This document shows, one piece after another, positions 1 through 10,229 of a stretch of DNA of 64,000 bases. The DNA is from Candidatus Poribacteria bacterium (GTDB lineage Bacteria; Poribacteria; WGA-4E; PCPOR2b). The stretch covers positions 4,864,001 through 4,928,000 of the forward strand of contig OZ220744.1 in the NCBI GenBank assembly GCA_965116925.1, read 5' to 3'. The translations under genes and the position numbers were made by a program. Numbering within the stretch: position 1 is the first letter of the stretch; the number at the start of each line of letters is the position of its first letter. Under the pieces are notes generated by a model that saw nothing but the letters and a program-made list of their open reading frames with translations, was not told where the DNA came from and searched no databases.

Positions 1-1090
1 GATGGGCTTCAATTTCCTGCTGATCGTCCTCAGTTGTCGCGGCATCTCTCAGCGACTTGAGCCGGCTCTGGAGTTCGCCTAAAGGATCATCCAACATATT
101 GTCCACGAAATCGGCTTGATCTACGGTTTGTGTGACCCCATGTCCCCGGTCTCTCACCCCCTGTCGGTCCAACCAACTCATAATTGAAGCAAACTGTTGA
201 TTCGCTTCCTCTCGTGCGTCCTCAACAAGCCGAATCGAACCCGTTGATTCAAATCGGATAAACAGCCCCGCCTTCCCTTGTGGATTACACAGAGAATCCA
301 AAAACCGCTTGACCCGTGTATTGCTAAACTCAACGCTTGTATGTTCCGTCGCAGTCGCTTCAAGGTGGTGCGCTTCATCGATGATTAGGTATCTATATTC
401 TGGCAATATGGCGGCATAAGGGTTGGCTTTACGGAGTGCCCAATCTGCAAAAAGCAGGTGGTGATTCACAATAATCAGGTCGGCTTCATTCACCTCGGCC
501 CTCGCTTTGAAATAGAAGCATGTGTCGTAGGTCGGGCATTGCTGCCGCAGGCAATTATCGGTATCTGAAGCTATCTTATTCCAAACCTCAAACATCGGCT
601 GCGGTTCAAGATCCGCCTTACTTCCGTCTTCAGTAACTTCAACCCACTCCACAATGCGGGCGAGATCATCCACCTCTGCCTTTGTGTCAAATAGACCCTG
701 TTCGTAAGTCAGTAGACTGTTTAGCCGACGCCGCGAAAGATAGTTTCCACGTCCTTTGGCGAGTGCAGCGGTGAAAGGTTGTGGGAGCACCTGTTGGAGA
801 AACGGTATATCCTTGGAAATCAACTGTTCTTGCAGGTTGATAGTATTGGTGGAAATCACGACCGGCTCGTAGGTACTAAGTGCGAGATCGATTGCAGGCA
901 GGAGGTAGGCGAAACTTTTTCCGACACCTGTGCCGGCTTCGACGACAAGGTGCTCATCGGCCGATAGTGCGCTAGCGACTGCCTCCGCCATTTCGAGCTG
1001 CTGCGGTCGAAACTCATAGCCTGTTAGCTGCTTCGCAATCAATCCATCGGGACCAAGAACTTCCTGTAAATTTGATAGATGCTTTTTCAT
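1..1090 (-). CDS. DinG/YoaA-family ATP-dependent helicase (3' end runs off window; absent from ORF track)
   Basis: Manual translation from ATG 1090: MKKHLSNLQEVLGPDGLIAKQLTGYEFRPQQLEMAEAV...VEAGTGVGKS (Q motif, Walker A); in-frame LIIDEAHH near 380. Confidence 0.88.
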   Translation of the reverse strand, partial: MKKHLSNLQEVLGPDGLIAKQLTGYEFRPQQLEMAEAVASALSADEHLVVEAGTGVGKSFAYLLPAIDLALSTYEPVVISTNTINLQEQLISKDIPFLQQVLPQPFTAALAKGRGNYLSRRRLNSLLTYEQGLFDTKAEVDDLARIVEWVEVTEDGSKADLEPQPMFEVWNKIASDTDNCLRQQCPTYDTCFYFKARAEVNEADLIIVNHHLLFADWALRKANPYAAILPEYRYLIIDEAHHLEATATEHTSVEFSNTRVKRFLDSLCNPQGKAGLFIRFESTGSIRLVEDAREEANQQFASIMSWLDRQGVRDRGHGVTQTVDQADFVDNMLDDPLGELQSRLKSLRDAATTEDDQQEIEAH

Positions 1091-1124
1091 TGCTACCTTT
1101 CCTACAAACCAGAAATCAGATAAC

Positions 1125-1230
1125 TATAGTAGATTTTAGAATTAATGAGACACTCCAAATCGGCGCAGTTGGAAACAGCGCCTACCAGGTGGAGGGCGAA
1201 AGTGTCTGTTTATTTTTTGAATTCACTATA
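1125..1230. repeat. MITE/REPIN-like element with ~30-bp imperfect terminal inverted repeats and a central REP hairpin
   Basis: Ends tatagtagattttagaattaatgagacact / agtgtctgtttattttttgaattcactata; core ggcgcagttggaaacagcgcctac resembles the core of the 40154 and 62031 elements. Confidence 0.6.
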
Positions 1231-1264
1231 ATATGTTGCAGAAGGGAAAAATTGGTATCAGTCT

Positions 1265-2680
1265 TCACTCTGGATCGATTTTAATTGTAACCGTTTCCGT
1301 TCCTTTTTCGGTATAGGCATTCTTAATTTCAAAAGTAATTTCCGATTTACTGAGAGCATTTTGCAGCACTTTTTCGTAATCCGTCATGTTTTTGATTGGC
1401 TGGTCGTTGACTGACACGATTAATGTGCCGATCGGGACCCCCGCACTAAGGACGGGACCATCAGAACGCACCTCCTCAATAATAACTCCTTCATCTTCAA
1501 GACTTAGGTAGGCGTAACGCTCAGAGTCATAGGCACCTAGCTCGCGGACGGTTATCCCTAGTTTCGTCCAAGATGGCGAATCTGGCTCCATTGCCAGCCC
1601 TGTGAAACGCCGTGGCATCCTGCCAATCGTCACGGAGAGTTTTTTGCGCACTCCATCACGAATGACTGTAAATGCTACCTGTTCACCAACCATTGACTCG
1701 GCGATCAGGAATCTGAATTTACGAATTTCTCGTGTTTTTTGCCCATTGTATTCGACGATGATATCACCGACTTCCATCCCACCTTGTCTAGCAGGTGATG
1801 GATCGGAAAACCGAGTGACCCGAATACCGTCGGCATGTGATGACATAACAATTCCTAGCCACCCACGTATCACCTGTCCGTTTGCAATGAGCTGGTCGCT
1901 GACCTTTCTTACAAGGTTAATGGGAATAGCGAAACCGGCACCGGCTCTGACTGCTGCTATCGCAGGGGAATCGTCTGGGCGTCGAATCGCAGAGTTGATA
2001 CCGATGACTTCACCACGGATATTAAGCAAGGGGCCGCCGCTGTTTCCGCGGTTGATCCACGCATCAGTCTGGATAAAATCTTGATACTGGATCAGATCTT
2101 GAAAGCGGATCATGAGTGCTGGAACGAGTGAACGTCCTTTCCCACTGACAATGCCGGTAGTTACTGTATAATTCAACTGGAATGGGTTACCAATTGCGAT
2201 TGTAAACTGTCCGACTTTAACCCGATCAGAATCACCAAAGGGAAGCACAGGAAGTTCTTCTTGTACATTAATTTTTAACACAGCGACATCCGTGTTTGGG
2301 TCAACCCCAATCAATTGAGTATCCCTGAACTCTCTGCCGTCAAATAGGCGAATCGTAATCTGCTTCGCACCGTCTACAACATGGTTATTGGTTAAAATAT
2401 AGCCGTCTTTGCGAAAAATAAACCCCGTTCCTTCCTGTCGATCGGATCTTCTAAGGGGGATTGCCTGCCTTTCTATGTTCGACGCAGTGACGCTAACAAC
2501 CGCGGGGTTACTCCTTTCGGCGATACTAACGAAGGCATTTTCAATTGATTCTAATAATTGGACACCAGACGCGGTATTTTGGGGTGGATCCGCGGGATGG
2601 AGTCGCGCCTTGCTACAGGCGAAAAGTAGAAAAAACAGCGTAAAAGCCACAACACGACTAAAGCAGTAACGGTTTTTCAC
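1265..2680 (-). CDS. degP: DegP/HtrA serine protease with two PDZ domains, probable lipoprotein
   Basis: TNNHV, TDVAV and GNSGGPL catalytic motifs; lipobox-like LFAC; GTG 2680 preceded by AAGGA (track start 2719). Confidence 0.9.
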   Translation of the reverse strand: MKNRYCFSRVVAFTLFFLLFACSKARLHPADPPQNTASGVQLLESIENAFVSIAERSNPAVVSVTASNIERQAIPLRRSDRQEGTGFIFRKDGYILTNNHVVDGAKQITIRLFDGREFRDTQLIGVDPNTDVAVLKINVQEELPVLPFGDSDRVKVGQFTIAIGNPFQLNYTVTTGIVSGKGRSLVPALMIRFQDLIQYQDFIQTDAWINRGNSGGPLLNIRGEVIGINSAIRRPDDSPAIAAVRAGAGFAIPINLVRKVSDQLIANGQVIRGWLGIVMSSHADGIRVTRFSDPSPARQGGMEVGDIIVEYNGQKTREIRKFRFLIAESMVGEQVAFTVIRDGVRKKLSVTIGRMPRRFTGLAMEPDSPSWTKLGITVRELGAYDSERYAYLSLEDEGVIIEEVRSDGPVLSAGVPIGTLIVSVNDQPIKNMTDYEKVLQNALSKSEITFEIKNAYTEKGTETVTIKIDPE

Positions 2681-2743
2681 GATATTTTCCTTTGTGAAGT
2701 TGTATTTGCAGACGGACAATGGTGGAAACTACGAATTTATGTT

Positions 2744-2773
2744 ATTATACCGATGCTTGTTTTAGCGTGTCAA
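2744..2773 (-). promoter_or_regulatory. sigma70-type promoter for degP
   Basis: TTGACA-18 bp-TATAAT on minus strand. Confidence 0.55.
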
Positions 2774-2844
2774 GTGTTAAGTAGTTATGGTCAAACTTAA
2801 AAATTTACAAAACAACTAAACAACTAAGGATCTGGAGGGATGGT

Positions 2845-3612
2845 ATGGCAATTTTAAGTCTTTTTTCACTAGAAGGGAAGGTGGCGTTGGTCACTGGGGC
2901 GAGTCGAGGGATCGGTAAAGGCATCGCAGTTGGTCTGGCGAGTGCCGGGGCGAATCTCGCCCTTGTGGCAAGATCCGAATCGACACTCATTGAGGCTCAG
3001 GAGGAGATACAGGCTCTTGGCGTTCGAGCGGAGATTTTCCCTTATGACATGAATCAAACAGAGAACATTCCGGGTTTGGTTGCAGCGGTGAATGCGTCTT
3101 ACGGACAAATTGATATTTTGGTCAACAACGCAGGCACGACGCATCGTGATAGTGCCGTTGATTTTCCGGAGGAACGATGGGATGATGTGGTGCGGGTCAA
3201 CCTGAAATCGGTGTGGCTGCTTTCTCAACAGGTGGGACGAGCTATGGTCGAGCGCGGCAGCGGAAAGATTATTAACATCGCGTCACTGCTAAGTTTCTCC
3301 GGCGGTATACGGACAGCGGCGTATGCCGCAAGCAAAGGCGGTGTAGCACAATTGACGAAAGCACTCGCCAATGAGTGGGCATCAAGAGGGGTTAACGTGA
3401 ATGCGATCGCACCGGGATATATCAAAACCGACATGACAAGTGCGATCCTGAATGATCCGGTGCGAGTTGCGGAATTTATGGATCGAATCCCGGCGGGTAA
3501 GTTTGGCACGCCTGATGACATGGCAGGTGCGGCAGTCTTTCTGGCATCTGAAGCGGCTTCATATATTCACGGACATATTTTGCCTGTTGATGGGGGTTGG
3601 ATGGCACGGTGA
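2845..3612 (+). CDS. kduD: SDR oxidoreductase, KduD-like (2-deoxy-D-gluconate 3-dehydrogenase)
   Basis: TGASRGIG, NNAG, YAASK, ALANEWA and VDGGWMAR motifs. Confidence 0.75.
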   Translation: MAILSLFSLEGKVALVTGASRGIGKGIAVGLASAGANLALVARSESTLIEAQEEIQALGVRAEIFPYDMNQTENIPGLVAAVNASYGQIDILVNNAGTTHRDSAVDFPEERWDDVVRVNLKSVWLLSQQVGRAMVERGSGKIINIASLLSFSGGIRTAAYAASKGGVAQLTKALANEWASRGVNVNAIAPGYIKTDMTSAILNDPVRVAEFMDRIPAGKFGTPDDMAGAAVFLASEAASYIHGHILPVDGGWMAR

Positions 3613-3762
3613 AAAATAATACGTAATGAGTAAAGCGTAAGAAAATCGTCTGGACACCTATTGAATATGCAGGGGGTTTCCGGCGATGTCGTGCCTTGAA
3701 GTACAGATATGCTTTACATAAATGTCAACACGCCCTAGCAAGCCATGTCAATTGACAGAGAA

Positions 3763-4602
3763 TCACTCCTGACAGAGCTCAGACACCATCGCGGCGTTCT
3801 CACCGATCTGATCCCCGAATTTTTGATACATGCCGATAAGGAGGGCATCGTTGGGTTTGATGTTTTTCAACGCAAATGCAAACTCTTCTCGAATCTGTTC
3901 CCTCGATCCAACCGCCCGACCGGCAGCGAGCACCTTGAAAACGATACACGGTTTGTCCGTTTGCAGGATCTGCTGACACATCTTGGGACGGTGTTCCCGC
4001 AGATAGACCTCTCCCAACGGTGAGTAACCAAACCTCTCCTCAAACTCCTCTCTTCCTCCACGTAGGTTGTAAAGAGCAGCCATATAGTAATCGATATCCC
4101 AATCCTCGTCCTCTGCGATGCTGATGAGTTGGGGGTCGTGGGCGGACAATCCGACCAAAACGCCGGTATCCCGAATCCGTTTAAGGATGTCTTTGAGCAG
4201 ATCGAGCTTATTTTCCCGGAGACAGCGATCGCCAATTCCACCGCCATGGGGTGCCATGCCAATTGGATTATGGCGTGCGACTTCCGCGATATGGTGAGGT
4301 TCATCGTACCATTGCGAGGTACTGAGGCACAGCCACTGGATTGTGCCGCCCTCCTCCCGGTAGCGAAGCAGATCAGACAGTGAACGCTCCGTGATCGTGT
4401 TCTGCCAAGCATTGATCCCAACGGCTTCGGCGCGTCTCAGTGTCTCCATCACCGAATCCGGTGCGTGGGCCTCCTGTTGGTGCTGGGCAAGAAGTTGGTT
4501 GAAGTGCGAGTAGCCGTAGATTGGGTTATCACCGATGATGAGTCGGCTCACCTGATACGGACCGAGTGAAATGGTTGGCAAGGTGGGAGCGGTTGTCTGC
4601 AT
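3763..4602 (-). CDS. Aldo/keto-reductase-like TIM-barrel protein
   Basis: PTISLGPYQVSRLIIGDNP start and FKVLAAGR; GAAGGAGG RBS before ATG 4602; the track's extension to 4692 starts inside a MITE end. Confidence 0.55.
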   Translation of the reverse strand: MQTTAPTLPTISLGPYQVSRLIIGDNPIYGYSHFNQLLAQHQQEAHAPDSVMETLRRAEAVGINAWQNTITERSLSDLLRYREEGGTIQWLCLSTSQWYDEPHHIAEVARHNPIGMAPHGGGIGDRCLRENKLDLLKDILKRIRDTGVLVGLSAHDPQLISIAEDEDWDIDYYMAALYNLRGGREEFEERFGYSPLGEVYLREHRPKMCQQILQTDKPCIVFKVLAAGRAVGSREQIREEFAFALKNIKPNDALLIGMYQKFGDQIGENAAMVSELCQE

Positions 4603-4683
4603 CGTTAATGCCTCCTTCGGATTATGATCTTTTGCATTATAAAGAACCCAATGCCCACTGTCAATAACTTTCTGATGTTCAGG

Positions 4684-4869
4684 TAGGGGCATTTAATTTT
4701 CCGGATATTATTGTCTGAATCGCGGATTAACACGGATTAAAGACGACAGCCATACCGACCTTAACAATGTACAATGAATGCGCGACGACCAACGGCGGGG
4801 CAAGATGCCCCGCCTACGGGTTCGGGTCGTTCCAAAATCAGTCAAAAAATCGAAAACTAAATGACCCTA
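4684..4869. mobile_element. MITE (186 bp) with TIRs and a 10-bp target-site duplication
   Basis: TIR taggggcattta/taaatgacccta; gatgttcagg at 4674-4683 and 4870-4879; internal hairpin ggcggggcaagatgccccgcctac; related copy at 57674. Confidence 0.85.
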
Positions 4870-4960
4870 GATGTTCAGGGTTTTGGTTTGACTTCATAAA
4901 CTCCGCTGTGATAGAATACCGATGATTTGTTTCAATTAAATTCCAGTCAGGAATATAGCA

Positions 4961-6298
4961 ATGGGTCAAATTAGTATCGTTTTAATCGCAGGGTTGGTTT
5001 TTCTGTTTTTCTTTGAACCCTCGCGGGGGGCAGGAGAGTTTAATCAACTGCTTACCCTAATCGGCACGATTGCAGTGATTATCTTGCCGCCGGCACTTGT
5101 TTATTTTTTTGGATCTTATGCGACACGCGCATTGCCAACCAATCAGGACGCTCGGCTGCGTCGAGTGTACCTCCTCAAACGGTCAGTGATTGGCTTTGAA
5201 TGCCTGCTCTTGATCGGTTATATTTGCGATGTATACCTGTTGAATCTGCCGTTGCTAACCGGCAAGACATTGGAGTGGATCCCATTAATTTATACAAAGC
5301 ACCTTGTGGGTATTGTCCCGTTGATTGCTGGACTGATGCTTATCCGCTTCGCGCTCTATGAAGTTGAGCAGCAGGTAACGTCAAGTAACTGGAAAAGGGA
5401 AGAGTATCTTAGTGTCCATCTGAAATTTCTGCTACTGCCACTACTGCCGTTATTTATTTACCTGTCCTTGCTAGATCTGATTGCCTATATCCCATTTCTC
5501 GCTGATCACGCATATTTGCCCATCGCGCTTATGATGTCGCTGATTTTTTTAGCGTATATCTACGCACCTTTGGTATTGGGTCTCATCTGGCGGACGACCC
5601 CGCTGCCGGATGCTAATCTGAGGAACAGACTCCACCGATTGGCCCTCCAAGACAATATCAGATACAAAGATATTGTTATTTGGCAGACGGAATCAGTTGC
5701 TAATGCGGCTGTGGCTGGCATTGCCCCATGGTCCCGCAAGATTTTTCTGACAGAAGCCCTGTTACAGCACTTTTCCGACGATGAAATTGAAGCGATTGTG
5801 GCACATGAGTTTGGGCATGTCCACTACAAGCATATTTTGACCTACCTCATGTTTTTGATTGCCTATTTTCTCAGCTACGCCATCTATTACATCTACATTG
5901 GGCGACCGCTTGAGTCAATTTCCTCTGCCTCTTCCCTGTTACCGGCAATCGGTTTGGTCTTTTTTATTTCTCTCTATTTTGTTATTATTTTCCGCGCTTT
6001 ATCGAGACGTTTTGAGCACCAAGCAGATCTGTACGCCGTTGCACTGACAGGTAAATCAGAGGCGCTCGAACTCGCCTTGGTCCGACTCGCATACCTCAAC
6101 TACACACCCCAGTCTATCCAGCGTCTGTTTGAGCTATTCCAGACACATCCTTCAGTTGAGCGGCGAATCAAATTTATTGAGCGGTTCAAGGGGGGCGATC
6201 CGTCCGCCCTACGTTACCAAAACTATCTGCTTGAGGTCAAACTGCTCCTTGCTTTGCTCCCGACACTTGCTTGTATCCTCCTCTTTAGCAATCCGTAG
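4961..6298 (+). CDS. M48 family (Ste24/HtpX-like) membrane zinc metalloprotease
   Basis: Multiple TM segments; ANA, AHEFGH, EHQAD and THPS..RI motifs. Confidence 0.88.
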   Translation: MGQISIVLIAGLVFLFFFEPSRGAGEFNQLLTLIGTIAVIILPPALVYFFGSYATRALPTNQDARLRRVYLLKRSVIGFECLLLIGYICDVYLLNLPLLTGKTLEWIPLIYTKHLVGIVPLIAGLMLIRFALYEVEQQVTSSNWKREEYLSVHLKFLLLPLLPLFIYLSLLDLIAYIPFLADHAYLPIALMMSLIFLAYIYAPLVLGLIWRTTPLPDANLRNRLHRLALQDNIRYKDIVIWQTESVANAAVAGIAPWSRKIFLTEALLQHFSDDEIEAIVAHEFGHVHYKHILTYLMFLIAYFLSYAIYYIYIGRPLESISSASSLLPAIGLVFFISLYFVIIFRALSRRFEHQADLYAVALTGKSEALELALVRLAYLNYTPQSIQRLFELFQTHPSVERRIKFIERFKGGDPSALRYQNYLLEVKLLLALLPTLACILLFSNP

Positions 6299-6322
6299 GG
6301 AACGCAGATCTGCGTTCCGTAC
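6295..6322 (+). repeat. GTAG-type REP hairpin
   Basis: gtagggaacgcagatctgcgttccgtac; near-identical copy at 34801-34828. Confidence 0.7.
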
Positions 6323-6391
6323 TAGGTGACAACCGACCGCATCTTTTACAGATTTTGATCTTTGAAAGGTTCTGTATTTTATAGATAACAA

Positions 6392-9067
6392 ATGCAACAG
6401 CAAAATAACCGTACACTTGTAGAGGAACTTAAAGACTTTTGTGCCAAAGAACGTGAGCGCATCTATAACCGCCACCGTTTCGGAATTGGGGGTAGAGAAG
6501 TTGTCGAAGAATATACCCGCCTTGCAGACAACGTGATTCAGCGCATCTACCAATCCACGGTCAAAGCGGACAATGGTCGTTCCAGACTGCCCGAAGATGC
6601 CCCTATAGCCATCCTCGCATTGGGTGGCTATGGCAGGGAAACGCTAAATCCCTATTCAGATATTGACATCATGTTGGTCTATAACCCTTCGGAATTGAAC
6701 GTACGTCAAATAGAACCGCTTGCCAACCAATTGATTACGACGCTCTGGGACATCGGTTTTGAGGTCGGGCATAGCTGTCGATCGCTCAAGGAGTGTGTCC
6801 GCGCAACTTACGACGATATTTTCTCCAAAACCTCAATGCTTGAAGCGCGATACATTGTCGGTGCAAGGCAGGTTTACCGTGAATTTCAGAGATTGACTTC
6901 CAAGCACTTTTTCAAGAAGCAGGTGGGAAAGTTCATCGCGAAAACGATTGAGGAATGGAGTACGCGTCATGAATCTTACGGCGCAACGATTTACCTGCAA
7001 GAACCGAATATCAAGGAGAGTGCCGGTGGATTACGAGACTTTCATACGGGCATCTGGGTTGCAGCCGTTCGTTTTGGGGTTAAGGACCTTGGGGAACTTG
7101 AGAGGCGAGGGGTTATCCCCCAAACCGTCGCAAGGGCGTGTGAGGAGTCGCTCAATTTTCTGTGGCAGTTGCGCAATGAACTCCACTATGTGAATCAAAG
7201 AAGGAGTGATCAGCTCGTTCTAGATGTGCAAGAAACCATTGCTAAAAATCTTGGATATGAGGATAATGGGCATTCCCTTGCAGAGGTAACGATGATGCGG
7301 GATTACTATTTACACGCAGAGCATCTCTATGAGTTCGCAAAGCTGATCATAGATCGGGTGAAGCATCAGGGATCTCTGCTAAATCATTGGCTTGAGCGAT
7401 GGCAGACCAAAGCACTGCCCGATGGATTTGCGGTTGTCAGGGACGAAATCGGTTTTCAGGAAGGACACTTCGATTTTAGGGCGGACCCAACGCGGATGAT
7501 GAAGGTATTTGCACACCGCCAACAACTAGGGAATCGAATCAGCGCGGATGTGCGGCATCAAATCGCTGCAAATCTTCATCTCATTGATGAAAACTTCCGA
7601 CGTTCGCCTGAAGTTGCCAAATGTTTCCTATCAATCCTCCGCCATTCGCAGTCGGTTGCTGAAGTGCTGCGCCGGATGCATCGTTGGCAGGTGCTGGATC
7701 ACTATCTACCTGAGTTTGGTAAAATCCGATCGCTGGTGCGGTCAGACCGTCCGCATCAATACACCGTCGATGAACATACCCTGTATGCGATTGAAAATCT
7801 CGAAGAAGGGACGCTGGCACAGCTACAGAACGGGCAGGATTTTCTCAATATTCTCAAAGAGGTGGAGAAACCTGAATTGCTGCGGTTGGCAATCCTATTA
7901 CACGATGTCGGGAAAGGGGTTGACGGCCCGGGAGGACATGACGAGCGTGGGTTTGAAATGGCACAAGCCGCCTTGGACCGCATAGGATTGGATACCGTAG
8001 ATAAAGAGGTGGTGCTATTTCTCATCTTGAGGCACTTGGATATGATCCACACCGCCCAGCGACGGGACCTCGATGATCCAAAAGTCATCGAACGTTTTGC
8101 AGAGTTGGTGCAGGATGAGCAGCATCTGAAGATGCTGTATCTCTTGACTTTTGCCGACATGCGAGCTGTAAGTCTAGAGATCTGGAACCAATGGAATGCG
8201 ATTCTACTTTGGCAACTCTATACACGAACACTTGAGTTCCTGCAAGGAAAGATGGAGTTCTTGAAAGTCGAAGAGCTGCAAACACGTGTTACGCAACTGA
8301 TTGGTGAAGCAGTTGGAGAGGCTGCAATTACCCGCCACTTTGAGACAATGCCTGATCAGGGATTGGTTTCGCAGGCACCCGACCTAATCGGTAAACAGAT
8401 TCAGCTCGTTGAGAAGCTAGGCGATCTTCCAATCGCTGTCTCGCATTTTGCCGAGAATCAGAGTTATACCCAAATCGGCATCTGTACTCGCAATGCACGG
8501 GGAATTTTTCGACAGATTACGGCTGTATTCACAGTCGAGAATATTAATATACTAAGGGCTATGATTAACACGCGTAGCGATGGAATAGTGATTGATGTCT
8601 TGAATGTGACAGATGGCCAGATGGGTAAGGGACCAATTTTAGATCGGTATCACCAAATCGAGGAAACGCTAACAGCGGTCTGGAATGGGGAAGTTGATGT
8701 AGAAACTGTTCTACAGGAGCAACGCGAATCGGATTCGCTCCTTCGCCGTCAACGGCGCTATATCCAACCGAGGATCCGAGTCGACAATGAGGGATCAGAC
8801 CGCGCAACGATTATTGACATCCGCGCTCAAGATCAGGTGGGCCTACTCTACACAATCTCGGATGCCTTCTATAAACTAGGCTTGGATATCCGTCTCGCCA
8901 AGATTACAACTGAAGGATTTATCGCAGAGGATTCATTCTACGTGACGGACACAAATGGGGCAAAAATTACAGATTCGACGCGTTTGGGAAAGATTCAGGA
9001 GGCATTAGGACAGTTGGAAATTTTTAAGCCGCCCTCCGGTGCCACAACCCGAGCGGATCCGGGTTGA
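6392..9067 (+). CDS. glnD: [protein-PII] uridylyltransferase / uridylyl-removing enzyme
   Basis: GGYGR..SDID nucleotidyltransferase motif, EPNIKESAGGLRD, HD domain (HQYTVDEH, LHDVGKG), two C-terminal ACT domains. Confidence 0.95.
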   Translation: MQQQNNRTLVEELKDFCAKERERIYNRHRFGIGGREVVEEYTRLADNVIQRIYQSTVKADNGRSRLPEDAPIAILALGGYGRETLNPYSDIDIMLVYNPSELNVRQIEPLANQLITTLWDIGFEVGHSCRSLKECVRATYDDIFSKTSMLEARYIVGARQVYREFQRLTSKHFFKKQVGKFIAKTIEEWSTRHESYGATIYLQEPNIKESAGGLRDFHTGIWVAAVRFGVKDLGELERRGVIPQTVARACEESLNFLWQLRNELHYVNQRRSDQLVLDVQETIAKNLGYEDNGHSLAEVTMMRDYYLHAEHLYEFAKLIIDRVKHQGSLLNHWLERWQTKALPDGFAVVRDEIGFQEGHFDFRADPTRMMKVFAHRQQLGNRISADVRHQIAANLHLIDENFRRSPEVAKCFLSILRHSQSVAEVLRRMHRWQVLDHYLPEFGKIRSLVRSDRPHQYTVDEHTLYAIENLEEGTLAQLQNGQDFLNILKEVEKPELLRLAILLHDVGKGVDGPGGHDERGFEMAQAALDRIGLDTVDKEVVLFLILRHLDMIHTAQRRDLDDPKVIERFAELVQDEQHLKMLYLLTFADMRAVSLEIWNQWNAILLWQLYTRTLEFLQGKMEFLKVEELQTRVTQLIGEAVGEAAITRHFETMPDQGLVSQAPDLIGKQIQLVEKLGDLPIAVSHFAENQSYTQIGICTRNARGIFRQITAVFTVENINILRAMINTRSDGIVIDVLNVTDGQMGKGPILDRYHQIEETLTAVWNGEVDVETVLQEQRESDSLLRRQRRYIQPRIRVDNEGSDRATIIDIRAQDQVGLLYTISDAFYKLGLDIRLAKITTEGFIAEDSFYVTDTNGAKITDSTRLGKIQEALGQLEIFKPPSGATTRADPG

Positions 9068-9127
9068 TAAGGTAGTGCGAGAAACAATTTCCCATTTTTC
9101 CCACGAAAAAGGGGTATTTTTCCGTGC

Positions 9128-10177
9128 TCAATCGCTTCTAGTTGCTATTTCGTGAAAATGTTTACGGATAAAGTGCCAAGCTCCTGCTTTATAGTAGCGG
9201 TGTCCGCCCTCGCCGATATGGAGTTGGCAATTTTCTGGTACGCCGGCGACTGCATAGACTTGCTGCAGATGTTCAAAGGCGGATTTGACGTGCTCAATCG
9301 GAAAGATGGGATCTTCCCTACCAGCGATTGCAGAGAACGGTCGCGGGGCGATCAACCCGGCGACATCGTACATCTCTCCCAACCGCATTACCCCCGGCAC
9401 ATAGTTACAGTCGCAGTGATGGATGGACCCGATGCTCCCTTGAAAGGTGCAGAAATAGCTGCTAGGGACGGCAACCGAAATGCGAGGTTCACAGGCAGCA
9501 GCAAACAGAGAAACAGTGCCGCCGCCAGAATTCCCCGTAATCGCGATCTGCTGCACTGTCACATTCAGATGCCCTAACGCCCAATCAATCAGACGAGAGA
9601 TATCCCAAACACGCTCTCCGATGGGTGTGCGCCCCACCAATAGACCGTGCATCAACGCGATTCGGCACGAAGATGTTTTGTTACTTTCTCTGTCCCCCTC
9701 AGTGCGCGTCTCACCAAAGGCGCGGACGGTTGGCGCAATCGCCAAATATCCCTCCTCCACGGCTTGGCGGGCGATGTCCCGTTCTCCCGCTAACATCGAC
9801 TGTTCTTCGTCTTCGCTGTGAGCAATCCCAACGTAGATGTGTGGGTGATTGTGGCCGTGCGGTGCCAGCACCAACGGTAAGGGTCCACGTTGTGTTTTGG
9901 GACGCAGTAGGTAGAAAGGTAACGGCACGGTCGGCTCAACCCATAGATGCCACCGTTCCCGAATATGCGTTCCCATGTCTTCGGATTGAGACATCTCCGC
10001 CCCCGGTTGATAGCCCTGTAAGTCCGATTCCATTTTGTCTAACCCAAGCGCGTGACATAGGCGCGGTCGGAAGGCGTCGCGCCAAGCAAGCCACTCCTCT
10101 TGTGATGATGCGTGAAACGCAAATTCCCTCGGTACGGACGCATATAGCTGCTCGAAATGTCGAACAGAATCGTACAT
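9128..10177 (-). CDS. Alpha/beta hydrolase (acetylxylan-esterase/Abhydrolase_7-like)
   Basis: HGH, GNSGGG nucleophile elbow, DPIF and GGH motifs; probable ATG at 10177. Confidence 0.8.
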   Translation of the reverse strand: MYDSVRHFEQLYASVPREFAFHASSQEEWLAWRDAFRPRLCHALGLDKMESDLQGYQPGAEMSQSEDMGTHIRERWHLWVEPTVPLPFYLLRPKTQRGPLPLVLAPHGHNHPHIYVGIAHSEDEEQSMLAGERDIARQAVEEGYLAIAPTVRAFGETRTEGDRESNKTSSCRIALMHGLLVGRTPIGERVWDISRLIDWALGHLNVTVQQIAITGNSGGGTVSLFAAACEPRISVAVPSSYFCTFQGSIGSIHHCDCNYVPGVMRLGEMYDVAGLIAPRPFSAIAGREDPIFPIEHVKSAFEHLQQVYAVAGVPENCQLHIGEGGHRYYKAGAWHFIRKHFHEIATRSD

Positions 10178-10229
10178 AGAATTACCCCTTCCCAAAGCGT
10201 GATGTCCACACTTCAACTCTGATCGCGCT

